Origin: Mobula hypostoma
Lineage: Eukaryota
NCBI RefSeq assembly: GCF_963921235.1
Contig: NC_086097.1
Span: 122,204,001-122,268,000, forward strand
DNA length: 64,000 bases
Direction: 5' to 3'
The notes beneath the pieces are model-generated. The model was not told the DNA's origin, made no database searches, and saw only the letters and a list, made by a program, of their open reading frames with translations. This document shows positions 25,521 to 39,294 of the stretch, piece after piece. A program made the translations under genes and the position numbers. Every line of letters starts with the position of its first letter. Position 1 is the stretch's first letter.

Positions 25521-26459
25521 TATTTTGTATGACTAACTCAGATTCAAGGTTTAATGTACAAGACTGAAGTATGACAATAAACAGTACAAATGTATAAAGG
25601 AGAACAAGATGTTACTATGCAGCATTACAAAATACAATAAATATCAATGTAAAAACAATCCTATAAAACATAATGTACAAATAACAGATGGTTGTGGGCG
25701 TATATGCATAAGATCAACATACATACATAGATTGATTGCATGTACATAAAGTGATTCTAGGTGCAGGAGTATCTGAACCAAAGATGACTCTGACAGGAAA
25801 TGATGAAGTGACAACTTTTCTAGGTAACAAGAGGGCATATGAAATACAATAGGACAGTGACTGTGTAAGTGTAGGTGTGAGGTGTGGCGATGACCTGATT
25901 GTGTAATCTGATGAAATACGCTGGGCTAGAAGTATGTTCTAGATTCCAGTAAAATAGGACTGTGCTCTTGAAGTTCAAGATAACCTGAAGCTGAGGAACA
26001 TTATGTTCAAGCCGTTCTAAAAATCCATTTTATTGGTGAGATATCCACAACTTGTTTTATCTGCTGAAAAACTCCCACAAATGACATCACCAGCAATTAT
26101 CCAGCCCTGATGAGGGGCCTCAGCCTGAAACTTCGGCTGTTTATTCCTCTCCTCTGATGTGCCTGACCCACTGGGTTCCTCCAGCATTTTCTGTATTATT
26201 CTGGATTTCCGGCATCTGCAGAATCTCTTGTGCTAGCAGTTACCCGTGGTGAGGTCTTCAGCCGGATAAAGATAACAGTTCTGGTTTACTCAGAATATCC
26301 AAGTTTAGCTAATGCCATTTAATCTGACACCATTTGGTTTAATGGGCCAACATGTGTCTTCACTGGTTAATGAAGATGTTACATCTCTAAAGATTCCTTT
26401 ATCCTGGAAAATGTCATACAGTGGATGTACAGTAAACCATTAACTTTGGCAGAGGAGCC

Positions 26460-27135
26460 TAGCTGTTATGCTCTACTCTCTCTAAACCCATGACTGTGTA
26501 GCTAGGCACAGTTAAAACAACATCTACAAATTTGCCAATGGCCCAACCGTTACCGGCAGAATTTCGGACATTGACGAGATGGCGTACAGAGGTGAGGTGG
26601 ATTGGCTGGTTAAGTGGTGTCACAACAGCAACTTTGTACTCAACATCAGCGAGACCAACGAGTTGACTGTGGACTTCAGGAAGGGGAAGTTGGAAGAACA
26701 TACACCAGCCTTCATGAGGGGACAGCAGGGCAAAGGGTGAGCAGCTTCTAGCTCCCTGGTGTCAGCGTCTCAGAGGATCTATCCTGCATCATGAAGAAGG
26801 CACATCAGCAGCTAATCTGAGGACATTTGGTATGTCACCAAAGACTCTAGTAAATTTCTACAGATGTACTGTGGGGAGCATTCTGACTGGAATGCATCAC
26901 AGCCTTGTATGGAGTCTCCAATGCATAGGATCAAAAGAAGTTGCAAAAGGTTGCAGCCAGCTCAATCCCAGGCACAAGTCTCCCCAGAAATGAGGACATC
27001 TTCAAAAGGCAGTCTCTCAAGAAAGTGGCATCCATCATCAAGGTCACTTCTCATCTGGAGCACACCCCCTTCTTATTACTAGCAGCAGGGAGGTGGTACA
27101 GAAGCCTAAAATTGCGCTCACTATTTTAAGAACAG
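26460..27135 (+). mobile_element. Degenerate Rex1-like LINE fragment
   Basis: IYKFAN and ETNELTVDFRK remnants, and 'LLAAGRWYRSLK'. Confidence 0.65.
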
Positions 27136-27138
27136 CTG

Positions 27139-27697
27139 CACAGTGATATTCATTCTATTAGGCACACCTGCACACCTGTTCATTAATGCAATATCTAATC
27201 AGCCAATCATGTGGCAACAGCTCGATGCATAAAATCACGCAAACATGGTCAAGAGGTTCAGTTATTGTTCAGACCAAACATCAGAATGGGGAAGAAATGT
27301 GATCTAAGTGACTTTGACCAGGGAATGATTGTTGGTGTCAGGCAGGGTGATTTGAGTATCTCAGAAACTGCTGATCCCCTGGAATTTTCATGCACAACAG
27401 TCTCTCAGGTTTACAGAGAAAGGCACAAAATACAAATAAGAAAACATCCAGTGAGTGACAGTTCTGTGGGCAAAAGACGCCTTGTTAATGAGTAACACCA
27501 GAGGACAATGCGCAGACTGGTTCAAACTGACAGGCTGGTGACAGTAACTCAACCATGCGTTACAACAATGGTGTGTAGAAGAACATTTCTGAATGCACAA
27601 CACATCAAACCCTGAAGTAGATGGGCTATATAAGCAGTAGACCACGAACATACACTCAGTGGCCATTTTATTAGGTACAGCAGGTCGCCACTGACTG
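27139..27697 (+). mobile_element. Tc1-like non-autonomous element
   Basis: ORF 27211-27495 'MGKKCDLSDFDQGMIVGVRQGDLSISETAD' and TIR remnants. Confidence 0.85.
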
Positions 27698-29174
27698 TAA
27701 ATATAAAGCACATCGCATTTCTTTTCAGCAAACTTCAGCTTTTCATATAGAAACAAAGGTCACACATCCAATGTCCATTGTTGCCAGATAGAAGAGTGCA
27801 GGCGCTCAAGAGGTTGTCAGTCATGAGGGATTTTATTTCAGAGACTTCTTCTCTTGATCCGGTCAAAAAGACCTTTGAACATTACCATTTTTCATGGACT
27901 CTACTCCAAGCTGTAGCAAATAAAACTGTCAGACAGCAATAGGTTCTGTTAACTAAAACTCCTTGTTGTAGTAAAGGTTCATTAACTGGATATTCATGAA
28001 CTGGGAGAGACTGTGTAGAGACTGCTGTTGTCCGCACTGAGAACACAGACCTCCTGTATCTTTGCACATGTTTTGATTGTTCAACCCATTGTCATAATGA
28101 GCTTCTGAGTTGTAGGACCATTCTAGGATACATTTGCTGATCTCTGCCATATCCCACTGTCTACTTACATCTCACTGATGCATTAGGCAAGTCTCCTAAA
28201 CACCACATTCAAGAGAAAGAGGCTAAATAAACACAAGAGGTTCCACAGATGCTAGAAGTCCAGAGCAACACACGATGCTGGAGAAACCAGCAGGCCAGAC
28301 AGCATCTATGGAAAGGAATAAACAGTCGATGTTTCAGGCCGAGTCCCTTCATCAGATAACTTCAATCACCTCAACATTGGTTGTTTGACAGTTTTCGTAT
28401 ATGGGTTGTTTTTCATTGACTCTTTTGTACTTCTTTGTTTTGCTGTAAACGCCTGCAAGAAAATATATCTCAAGGTAGTATATAATGATTTTTACATACT
28501 TTGTTAATAATTCTACTTTTAACTTTGACCTACTTGTCCTTCTGCCTGAAGGAACAGGCAGAGTAGGTGCAGAGATTCTGCTGAAAGGTTTTCCCAAGTG
28601 CAGGCATTTGTGGCTTGCCTTCATTTTCTGACAGATTTCCTGACAAGGGGAACCTTTCTGTGGCACTGAACTATATCTATTTTCCTCAACGTGCCTCCTG
28701 TGGGCACTGCCATTTACCAGTCTGTCAGATCCCTCTGATTCCTGTGAGAATGCCCCACCACCTCCTCATCCTGTCCACAATGCCCCCACCTACACACAAC
28801 CTCACTCCATTGAATGTTTTGTTTATTCTGCAGCAACAGTCCCCAGTATCTTGAAACGTGTTTCTTGAAACTGAGATGGATCCAATTTAGTTGTCTTTTT
28901 AGGTTCGTAAGGATGCCCTTTGAGGGCAGATAGGGGAGTTTGGGTCAGGTTAGGGTTCAGCTACAGGGATGTGAGGGTATCAGAGATCAGGCTGGAGTCG
29001 AAGGCCCGCCTCATGTACACGGTACATCTGTGGTAGGATGTCGGATGTCAACCTGGCAGAAAACGGTCTAGGGTCTCCAGCTCCCAGGTTGCTAATGATG
29101 CTTTTCACTGTGTGTTTCTATGTACTCTACATGTAACAAATAAACTTGAATCACGTATTGTCGTCCCTTTAAGA

Positions 29175-29225
29175 CTGGGGTTCCCAGTCTGGGGTCCATG
29201 GCATAAAAAAGGTTGGGAACCCCTG
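29175..29225. mobile_element. Minimal hAT (Charlie-like) MITE, 51 bp, 8-bp TSD
   Basis: CTGGGGTTCCCA...TGGGAACCCCTG inverted ends, flanked by CTTTAAGA and TTTTAAGA. Confidence 0.7.
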
Positions 29226-29584
29226 TTTTAAGAGGTGGCTTTAGAGATCATGCCAGCAGCTGCAAGAATTTTCAGTGCCTGTCTGTGGACAGTTTGTGGA
29301 AAATGATGCTATTGGTCCTTGATTAATACATTTTGTATCACCCTTTCTGTCTTTTTTAGCCTTTAAATGAAATTTATATTTCATGTTTGAACACCTCAAT
29401 CCATGGTTAATATCTCCAGCATTTGGAAATAGCTCATGAAATATCAATAAAGAAGGCTTCATTTTAAAGACCATGTGTTCTATATTGCTTTCTGTTTCTG
29501 CGTCAATCGATTTTGCCCATTCTAACTCATCACAGGGAGGCCTAATTTACATGGATAAGCGAGATAATTGAATCCAACGTGTTG

Positions 29585-30050
29585 ATTCATGGCCTGCTCT
29601 TGTGCCAAGATGAGGCCAACCTCAGAGTACAGGAGCAACACCTGTGTATCCTCCAACCTAATGGCATGAATGTCGATTTCTCCTTCTGGTGAACAATCTC
29701 CTCCTGCCTTCCTCTATTCCCTATTCTGACTTCTCACTTCTTCTCGCCTGCCTGTTACTTCCCCACTGGGTCCCCTCCTCCTTCCTTTCTCCTATTGTCC
29801 ACTCTCCTCTCCTAGCAGATTCTTTCTACTCCAGCCCTCGACCTTTCCCTCCCACCTGGCTTCACCTATCATCTTCCAGCTAGCCTCTTTCCCATCTCCC
29901 CCACATTTTATGTTCTGGATCTTCTCCCTTCCTTCAGAGTCCTGGTGAAGGGTCTCGGCCTGAAACATCGATGGCAGACTCTTTTCCTGAGCAGCTGAGC
30001 TCCTCCAGCGTTTGCTGTGAATTGTTTTGGATTTCCAGCATCTGTAGACA
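29585..30050 (+). mobile_element. Old Penelope-like 3' fragment (GIY-YIG C-terminal remnant and pLTR)
   Basis: HGLLLCQDEANLRVQEQH and LQPNGMNVDFS remnants, and a degenerate hammerhead motif at about 29937-29975. Confidence 0.75.
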
Positions 30051-32974
30051 ATCACATGTTTGTGATAATTGAAAAATGAGACTTTATTTGATGTAGAATT
30101 CACATCAACAGACTGTCGTTTTTATTTGCTTTGTACATTTCTACAGGGAGAAAGCCTTTCAGTTTGATATTCATTGTTGATATCGGCCAGTATTTTTAAA
30201 CAGCTATCATGATGGAACAATGAGGCAAATGGAAGATATGCCATCCCTGACTTTCCACGGAGTTCAGTCCCTGTGCTTTTTCTGTCTTGCATGAAGGCCC
30301 ATGTATCACAGAGTTCTCACAGTTGATGGAAAGGCTATTAGTGATCATTTAGAGCTGCCTATTTTTCATGAGCTATCGTTATTGCCAGAGTCCGTGAAAC
30401 TTGGAGCACCTCATAAAACTCATCAGTTTATATCATGGCACTTTATAATGCTTTTAGGAGAGGTTGTAATTTCACCTCCTGAGCCGGCAGCTTCAGGGAG
30501 AATCTGCACAATAAAGGCAGCCTGCGAAACAGGCAGAGGACAAGTAATCATTACAGACAAGGTCTCGGAGTGTGGGGTAAAGTACGATACTCATGGACCA
30601 TTGAACACATCTACAAGAAGCTGATGCCACAAGAATGCAGTATCCAACATCAAGGACACCCACCATCCACGGCATGCTCTCTTCTTGCTGCTGTCATCGC
30701 GAAGGAGGTACAGGAGCCTTGGGTCCCACACCAGCACGCTGAGGAACAGTTATTACCCTTCAACTATCAGGCTCTTGAACCAGCATTGATAACCTCACTC
30801 AACTCAACCCTAACTGATTCTCTAATCTAGAGACTTACTTTCAAGGACTCTGCCGCTCATGTTCTCAGTATTATTTATTTATTTATTGATTGATTTGTTT
30901 TTTTTAGTATTTGCACAGTTTGTCCTCTTTTGCATATTAATTGCTTGTCAGTTTTTGTTGGTGTGCTGTATTTCATTGATTCTGTTGGGTTTTTTTTTGC
31001 TACACAGTGAATGCCTGCAAGAAAGCGAATCTCAAGGTAATACATTTACTTTGAACTTTCAACTTAGATATTGAAAGCTTAGAGTACAACACAGAAGTGA
31101 TTCCTTCACACTCACAAAATGCTGGAGGAACTTGGCATGACAGCTAGCATCTACAGAAGGGAACGAATAGTTGATATTTTAGGCCGAGACTGGATGAAAG
31201 GTCTTGTCCCGAAATGTCAACTGTTCACTTTTCTCCATAGATGCTGCCTGATCTGTTGAGTTCCTCCCTCATTTTGTGGGATTTCTAGCATCTGCAGAAT
31301 CTTTTGTGTCGGAGATTCTTTCACGGATGCCAGAGTCATGAATACAACCTGCTGGTCCACGGTGACACAGCAAATTTTGGCCTCCAAGCACATAATGATA
31401 GTCTTAAGACTATCTAATGGTAGTCTCAGTCCTTCAGTGTGCCATCTGACTGACAGGAAAAACATTTGGAGAACCTACTGGCGTCTGGCTGGTTAAAGAT
31501 ACTTTACAGTTAGCAAAAATGAAGATTCTAGAGTATCCCATGATGAGGCAGATATGAAATAAAACAGATCAAATTACCCAGAAACTGTCTTCAATGTACA
31601 CAATATGCTCCTGTCTTTGGTGCTCTATTTGCAATGACAATATTATCCAAAAGGCATTTAATTTCATTGCATCTCTGCTGCTTCAAGACTCAGCTTTTCC
31701 AATTATCTCATGGGAGGCTTCCTAGTATCAAACTCCAAAAGCATTTGCAAAAAAAAATTACCAGAAAATATTTTGTATCCTGTCCTAATCAGCAATGATT
31801 TGTTTACCGACTTACAAGGGCTACTGATCCAATAACATATTTTTTAAAGTTCTCACCTTTGCCCTTCCGTCTCCATCTGCATTAGCTCTTTCAGCATTAC
31901 AGTTCTGCTGGATCCCTCTTTCTTCCCCTATTTTCAGTTTCTCCAACACTAGTAACAAACCCTCCAACTGTTCAAAGCCTAAACTTTGGAATTTTCTCCA
32001 GAAACCATTCTTTTTCAGCTTTAAGATTTACTTTAAAAATCTACCTCTTTAACCAAATGTCATTTACACATATTTTAGTGTGAATCTCAGTCAATGTGTA
32101 ATCAGCTGATTCTTGGTGATCTGACAAAACTTCTCTGCCGGATTCCCAGAGAAACATCTGGCTGATCTGCTGGGCTGTGGCGCTGGTATCAGAGTGCAGT
32201 GCTCCACTTTGATGGCCTTGTGATCGGAACATCACTGCATGCACACATTGTTTGCTGCCCAGCACTGGAGGGTCTAGTGGCAGTGCCAACTCCCTCTGGC
32301 TCTCAGCCAATATCCTCAGCAGCATATCGCTGTCTACTTCCACAGAGTCCTGGTGCACCCCTTGGTCCTTTGTAGTCTTACGCCCATCAGGGTGCAAGCT
32401 TGTCCTGGGTATCCTAAGCCAGCGTTTGTTTCTCAGAACAAAGAACTAAGTGGACCTTCCAGCAATAGGGCACAGGGTACGGAAGTAGTTTTACATAATG
32501 TGTATAACTTACCAAGGATCAAGGCCTGAGAGTTGAATTGGAAGTTTGGAAGTCAAAGCCCTTCACACAGAGCCCAAGTTTGGGTATCCCTGCAAGTCTA
32601 CCGGTGAAGCTAAAGAGTTCAAGTCTGCATCTGCTGGAGGCTGAAGATAGCCTACCTCAGGGCTGGGGTACTACTTGGGTGTATGTGGGTGTGGGTTGAG
32701 CTCGCTCAACCTATCTTCATAAGACATATTCTCTAACCTAGGAAACATCCTAGCAGTCTTCTCTGCGTTCTCTCTAAAGTTTCCACATCCACATCCTTCC
32801 TATCATGAGGCAACTAGAACTGAACACAATATCCCAAGTGTGATCTAACCAGGGTTTTATGGAGCTGCAACATTGCCTCGCAGCCCTTGAACTCACTGAG
32901 TGGAATCATTTAACGTAATGGAGTGTAGCTTTTGCTCATGCTTCTGACTCGCAGCTCCCTGCCCTTATTTTTAG

Positions 32975-33615
32975 ATTATGAGGACACTCAGTCCTCATTT
33001 ATTGTCATTTAGAAATGCATGCATTAAAAAATAATACAATGTTCCTCCTGTATGATATCACAGAAACACAAGACAGACCAAGAGTAAATCTGACAAAAAC
33101 CACATAATTATAACATATAGTTACAACAGTGCAAAGCAATACCATAATTTGATAAGAGCAGACCATGGGCACGGTAAAAAAAAATCTCAAAGTCCCGACA
33201 GCCCCAACATCTCACGCAGATGGTAGAAGGAAGAAACTCTCCCTGCCATGAGCTTCCAATGCCACAAACTTGCTGATGCAGCATCCTGGAAGCACCCGAC
33301 CACAGTCCGAGTCTGAATCCGTCCGAAAACTTCGAGCCTCCAACCAGCCCTCCGACACTGAGCACCGAGCACCATCTCTGCTGAGCGCTTCAACCCCGGC
33401 CCCGGCCACCAAGCAACTGGCAAAGCCAAGGATTCGGGGCCTTCCCCTCTGGAGATTTCAGGTCACACAGTAGCAGCAGCAGCAAAGCAGGCAGTTCAGA
33501 AGTTTCACCAGATGTTCCTCCGTGCTCTCACGTCTGCCTCCATCAAATCAGAATTGTGCACGGCCTCCTACCTGACAGATTACAAATATTCATCACCAGA
33601 GAGGCCGCGCGTGCT
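32975..33615 (-). mobile_element. Non-autonomous retroelement-like repeat (GC-rich body, LINE-like A-rich 3' tail)
   Basis: The minus strand ends atgacaataaatgagg, and the body is GC/CpG-rich with no credible ORF. Similar architecture appears at 34270-34860, 35030-35345, 37150-37910 and 62365-62880. Classification is inferred. Confidence 0.5.
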
Positions 33616-33724
33616 TTAACCAAGGTAAATTAGTCGAATATACTGGAGTATGTTTGTGTGGCTTCCATTTTGTGCGTCACATTTTATTCTATGTTCCATA
33701 AGAATAAAAAATCTATTTAGACTA

Positions 33725-34255
33725 TAAGATGTAACACATAGGAGCAGAAGTAGGCTATTTAGCCTATTGAGTCTGCTCTGCCATTCCATCATGGCTGATC
33801 TATTATTCTTCTCAACCCCTTTCTCCTGCCTTTTGCCCATAACCTTTGATGCCATTACTAATCAAGAACCTATTACCCTCTGGTTTAAATAAACTCAATC
33901 CGCAGCTGCCTGTGACAATGAGTTCAACAGATTGTCTTCCCTCTGGCTAAAGAATTTCTTCCTCATCTCTGTTTTAAAGAGATGTCCTTCAATTCTGAGG
34001 CTGTGCTCTCTGGTCCTAAACTTCCCCACCATAGGAAACCTCGTCACCACATCCTCTCTATCTAGGTCTTTCAATATGCAATGGGGTTCAGTGAGAGTCT
34101 CCCTCTTTCCTATAAACTCCAGCCCAGAGCCATCAAATGGTGCAGTATGTTAATCCTGGCATTTCTGCGACAATTCTCTTGGAACTCCTCTGGTACCTCT
34201 CCAACTTCAGCACACCCAAAACTGCTCACTGTATTCTAAGTGCGGTCTGACCAAA
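33725..34255 (-). mobile_element. CR1 3' fragment
   Basis: Similar to the 3' end at 40260-40830 (ataggagcagaagtaggc..., gatcatggctgatc-like motif). Confidence 0.7.
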
Positions 34256-36411
34256 TACACTCGAATCTTTCTTCTGTAACACTTGTCCATTCTTGTGATC
34301 GTTCAAAAGAGCCTACCTGTGTGCTGCCAACGCTCAGGCTATATGGAGTCATCCAGGTTACTGCTTGCTGTTTAGTCGCACGTAGCAAGCCAGGCCGTCA
34401 CAGACAACAACAAAAACAGAACAAAACAAATCCCTCAATGCCTCACACACACACAGGCAGGACTTCAACCCCAGGACTGTCTGGCTCTCTGCCGCCAGCC
34501 CTTAGTCACGGACTCTCAAGCTCACAGAGATGGGGCCTCCAGCCTCCATTACCTGGCCCGGACTCACAGACTTGGCCCTTGGGCCTCTACCTCTAGAGTC
34601 AATGGTTTCCGTCTCCGATTTTTGGGCATTCTACCTCCGGCCTCGCTGGATTCATCCTTCAATTTTGTCTTCCGGACTTCAGCAACTTCTGGGTATTGAC
34701 CCCAGGACTCGCCAATCATGAGTTTGAACTGCAGGCCCTGACCCGCAGTTATATTGGCCATTACGATTGTTTCATGCAGTTTGTTCAAAGGCTTAAAATG
34801 GTAGGCCTGCAATACAGTCTGCCAGTGAGGATAGTATAGAAAGCTGCCATTTTAAGTGCAATCACATCAGCAGAGCCAGCAACCGGTGAATTTGAAAACA
34901 TGAGGGTAATCTCAAATTAACAGTTACACTGACAGATGTGGATCTTCAGAAAACATGCCATATCTCACACCTTTTTGTCTGAAAAATGTCTGTTATTGTA
35001 TAAATATTATTTTTTGAAGAAACACCTACCTATAGCAAGAGCTGGAGCCTAGAGGCTGAGAAAAAAGGTATGCCCTTGGGGCTGGAGGACTGTGTTTGTG
35101 GGTGGGTGGGTGGGAGGAGGAACGGGGCTTGTTTTGCTGTTGTTGTTCGGTTGCTTGTTGTATTGTGTCTTGCTGCATTCTGTGTTGTTCTGCATAGCAT
35201 TACGGGCATGCTATACTGCCACCAGAAAGTGTATTGACACTTACAGGCTACCCCCAAGACACCCTCGGGTCTGTGGGTTGTTAACACAAATGGTACATTT
35301 CTCTCTATGCTTCTTCGTATATGTGATGAATAAGCATGAATTTGGAAGCTTGAATTATTACTGTGCAACTCAGAAGTCAGGCTTTGGGCACAGAGGATCC
35401 CTGGGAGAGTCCAGGTGTGGCTGCCAAGGTATGAAGTTACGACTGTAACTGGATAAACGGCGAGTCAAATGGGCTGCAGTATTCATGATTCAGTTGCCAT
35501 TTCAAATGAAGCCACAAGGCTAATAACTGATCAAGTGAAAAGATAATATTTCCTTACAGACAGCGGTGGAATTTGTATGCTCCCTGCGACCATGTAGGTT
35601 TCCTCCTGGTGCTCCATTTCCTTCCCAAAGACGTACCGGTTAGGGAGTATTCCAAAGACGTACAGTCTAGGGTTAGTGTGTTGTGGGCACATTATGTTGC
35701 AGTCTGCCTCCTGCACAATCTTCACTGATTTAATGCCAATAAGGTATTTCCCTCAAGGTACAGGTGACGAATAAAGCTGATCTATGGTCTATCTACTTAC
35801 TACTGCTGTTCAAATATTCCATTGAGTCAATAAGAAATGCAAGTGCCTTATCACGTCATTGAGTGGCTCTGGCCTTTTATAATGTTCTGCTGCTAAGTAT
35901 CCATCAGCTGAAGTGTTCTTAACTTTGCTATTTCCTGAGCTCTTGATAGCTTAGCAAATGGGAAGAGCTTCTGGCACGAAGACACTGAGCTTCAGATTAA
36001 TTCACAATGCCACAGGTGGGCAGTGTGTGCGCGGTGAAGAATAATGTTCTGATTTTTGCAAGGATGGGAGATGATGAAAAATGGACTTGGTCAATTGTCA
36101 TTTTTTGGGGGGAAATGTCCTTGTGGCAATGTCGCACTGAAAATGAGAAATAAATGATAACTGTTGCTGTAAGAGATAGTCTGTGCCTACTTTCAACTCA
36201 GATTTCTGGAAATCTTTCACAGGTGCAGGGTGTCTACAGTGCAGGATGGGATAAATGTATTGTGCCCCAATGACTGACAATGCAGAACCTGGAGAGATGT
36301 AACCTCATCCCAACCTTCTACCCTTTCCCATCACCAGTTAGGACATGTTTTTGTAAAGATCAATCTTTATTTCAGATACAGATTTATTTATTACATCTAC
36401 ATTGAAACTTG

Positions 36412-36897
36412 TACTCAGCGGCCACTTTATCCGGTACACCTGTAAACCCGCTTGTTAATGCAAATATCTAATCCGTCGATTGGCAGCAACTCAATGCATA
36501 AAAAGATGCAGACATGGTCAAGAGGTTTATTTGTTGTTCAGACCAAACATCAGACTGGGGATGAAATGTGATCTAAGTGACCTTGACCATGAAATGATTG
36601 TTGGAGCCAGACAGGGTGGTTTGAGTATCTCAAGAACAGCAGATCTCCTGGGATTGTCATGCACAACAGTCTCTGGAGTTTACAGAGAATGGTGCAAAAA
36701 AAAATCAACTGAGAATGGCCAGATTGTTTAAGCTGACAGGAAGTGCCATTGTAATTGAAATAACCACATGTTACAATAGAAGAGCATCTCTGAATGCACA
36801 AAACATCATGCTTGAAGTGGATGGGATACAGCAGCAGAAGACTAAGAACAGACACCCAGTGGCCACAGATGGCACCTAATGAAGTGGCCACAAAGTG
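36412..36897 (+). mobile_element. Tc1-like non-autonomous element
   Basis: TIR tactcagcggccacttta, 'MKCDLSDLDHEMIVGARQGGLSISRTADLLG', and 'LKWMGYSSRR'. Confidence 0.85.
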
Positions 36898-38230
36898 TAT
36901 ACCGGCCTCCTCCTGCTGGACTCTTGCTGTGCACTTTATTGTAGACATTGTAAATGACCGTTTGAAACAAGTTGGAACAAATCAGGGGCTATCGATGTCC
37001 TCTCTGCACCAAGGTCAATTTAAAATTTGAAGAACTCCAATCCTCTGGAGTAAACCCAGGAGGAATACCTTCCGAAGCATCATTAGCATGGAGCGTTACA
37101 ACACAGAAACAGGCCCTTTGACCCAGTAAATCCAAGCCAAGATTCTGGATTCAAGATTAAAGTTCACTTATCACGTGTACATTGAAACGTGCAGTGAAAC
37201 GCATTGTCAGCATTAACAACCCAGCACATCCCCAGCTTGTAGAATGTGCTGGGGAACAGACTGCTAGTGTACACGCACTCAGTCACCAACAAGACATGCA
37301 TACAATGTTCAACCACAGAATGATGCAAGCAAGAAAACAACCACAGCATAGCAAGTCCCATTCCTTCCACCCATACACACAAGGTCCTTTAACCCCAGGA
37401 CGGGCTTCCAGCGGACTCAGAACAGGGGTTGCAGACATTGAGCTTCAACTTTTCCAGTGAACTCGCACAGAATCGCAGCCTCAGCTCCGGCCAACAGGCC
37501 TCAACTTCCGGACTTCTAATTCAACTCTCAGGCACCGATCCTTGCCTTCAATCCCAGGACACGTTAATCACCGAACACTTTGGACTCGCTGATGACAGGT
37601 CCCCAAACACTGGGCCTTGAACTCAGGCCTCACCAATCCGCAAACCCAGGAGGTCATCAGAACGCATTCCTCCTGCCCGCATGTAACTCCGACTCCAGGG
37701 GGACCATCATCCACACCCGGCAGGCCTGACGTTTGACATCTGACCACAGATGACCCACGTCCTCATCACTGACCTTCAAACACGGGGCAGAGACTTAGAC
37801 TCCAATTGCCCCACATCCACGTCCCTAAACCCTAACATGACCCCTAACTCCCCTCTGTCTCCAAAACCATCCTTATGAACCTAAAAAGCTTTTTAAAGAT
37901 ATCTAAGTAAAAAGAAACCAAATCAAGCACCCATTTACACTAGTCCTTACTAAATCTGAACTTAATCTCCCCAAAACCCCATCAACACCCACAAGATGCT
38001 CACACTTATGTACACACTGGGATCGGCGAGGAGAGCAGAGCACTCAGAGGAAGCTGTAACTGTCACAGGGAGGATATGCAAATTGCAAACTGACAGCACC
38101 AGAGATCGCGACTGAACACAGGTCACTAGATCCCTGAGACAGCCATTCTACAAGCTGCACCACTGTGCTGCCAGTGGGAGCAGACAGCAAAGAAAGGCTC
38201 ATTAGCAAGCAGTCGAATCAGAAGGATCTG

Positions 38231-38655
38231 AACAGCTGTGTGACAGAGGACTCTCTGATCTACAGCCTGTTCCCGGTGACACATAGAGACTGACATCAGG
38301 TACTGCTGGCAAATCACCAACTCCATGAAAGAAGCCTTTTTGCCTGCCCGAAACTATTGGTCTGACAGCACATCGGGATGCCGTGGAGGAATGCTGCCAA
38401 CTGGCCCATGCTGGGCTGCAGGAGTACGTGCTGAGAAACACAGTGAAGGTCAGTGCAGCCACGGCAAGGGCTTGGTGGAGAAGGAACACAGTGTAGGGTT
38501 CTTCGACTACTGGAGAGGGAGGCCCTCATTTACTGTAATAGTGTCCTATTTCTTTTAAAGAATGTAATAGAACATGACTTAAAGCATTGCTTATGAATGA
38601 AAGGCAATGCATATTTCAATCTTGTAAATATTTTTTATCATGAATAAAGTTTAAT
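38231..38655 (+). mobile_element. Tx1/L1-group LINE 3' end, degenerate
   Basis: With frameshifts it reads CVTEDSLIYSLFPVTH/ETDIRYCWQITNSMKEAFLPARN/.../VEECCQLAHAGLQEYVLRNTVKVSAATARAWWRRNTV*, resembling Tx1-type ORF2 C-termini. AATAAA lies at about 38643. Confidence 0.6.
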
Positions 38656-39294
38656 TAGTTATAAAATTCTGTTGTTTTACTATTTATACTTATACTATAT
38701 TTATTTATATTTATATTTATATTTATACTATTTAACTTCTTGCATTTGTGAGGATTCCATAATTGTGGAAAAAAATTAGGGAAGGACATCTCTGTCCACC
38801 AGTCTTATCATTACGGCTCAGCAGTGGATGAATCAGCGGCTGCCTGCCAGGAAATTGTAATGCACCCATAAAATAGAGTGGACCACTTGCAGTTTTGGTC
38901 ATTCACCCTCAACAACCTGTAACCTTTCGGTTCCGGAGGTGGGAAATCAAGTCCAGGAGTTTAATGAAGCTTGTAAGAGGGAAGAGATACATTGTCAACT
39001 CAGGTGCATCACCAGTACTACATTATGAAGAAGAATGGCCTCTATGATTTCAACTTGTGAGGGAAGTTTGGATGGGTACATGACTGGGAGATGTATGCAG
39101 GGCTATGGTCCAGGTGCAGGTCGATGCAACTGGGCAGATTAATACAGTGGATTCCTGTAAATTCGACCATCAGTTAATTGGGGCAGCCACTCATTTGGGA
39201 CAACCCTTAAAGAATAAAGACTGAGAAAATAGCCGAGATTTCCTTTGTCAATCTGGGACACTATGCTGCTTAAATGGGACAAGAGAGTGTTGCA

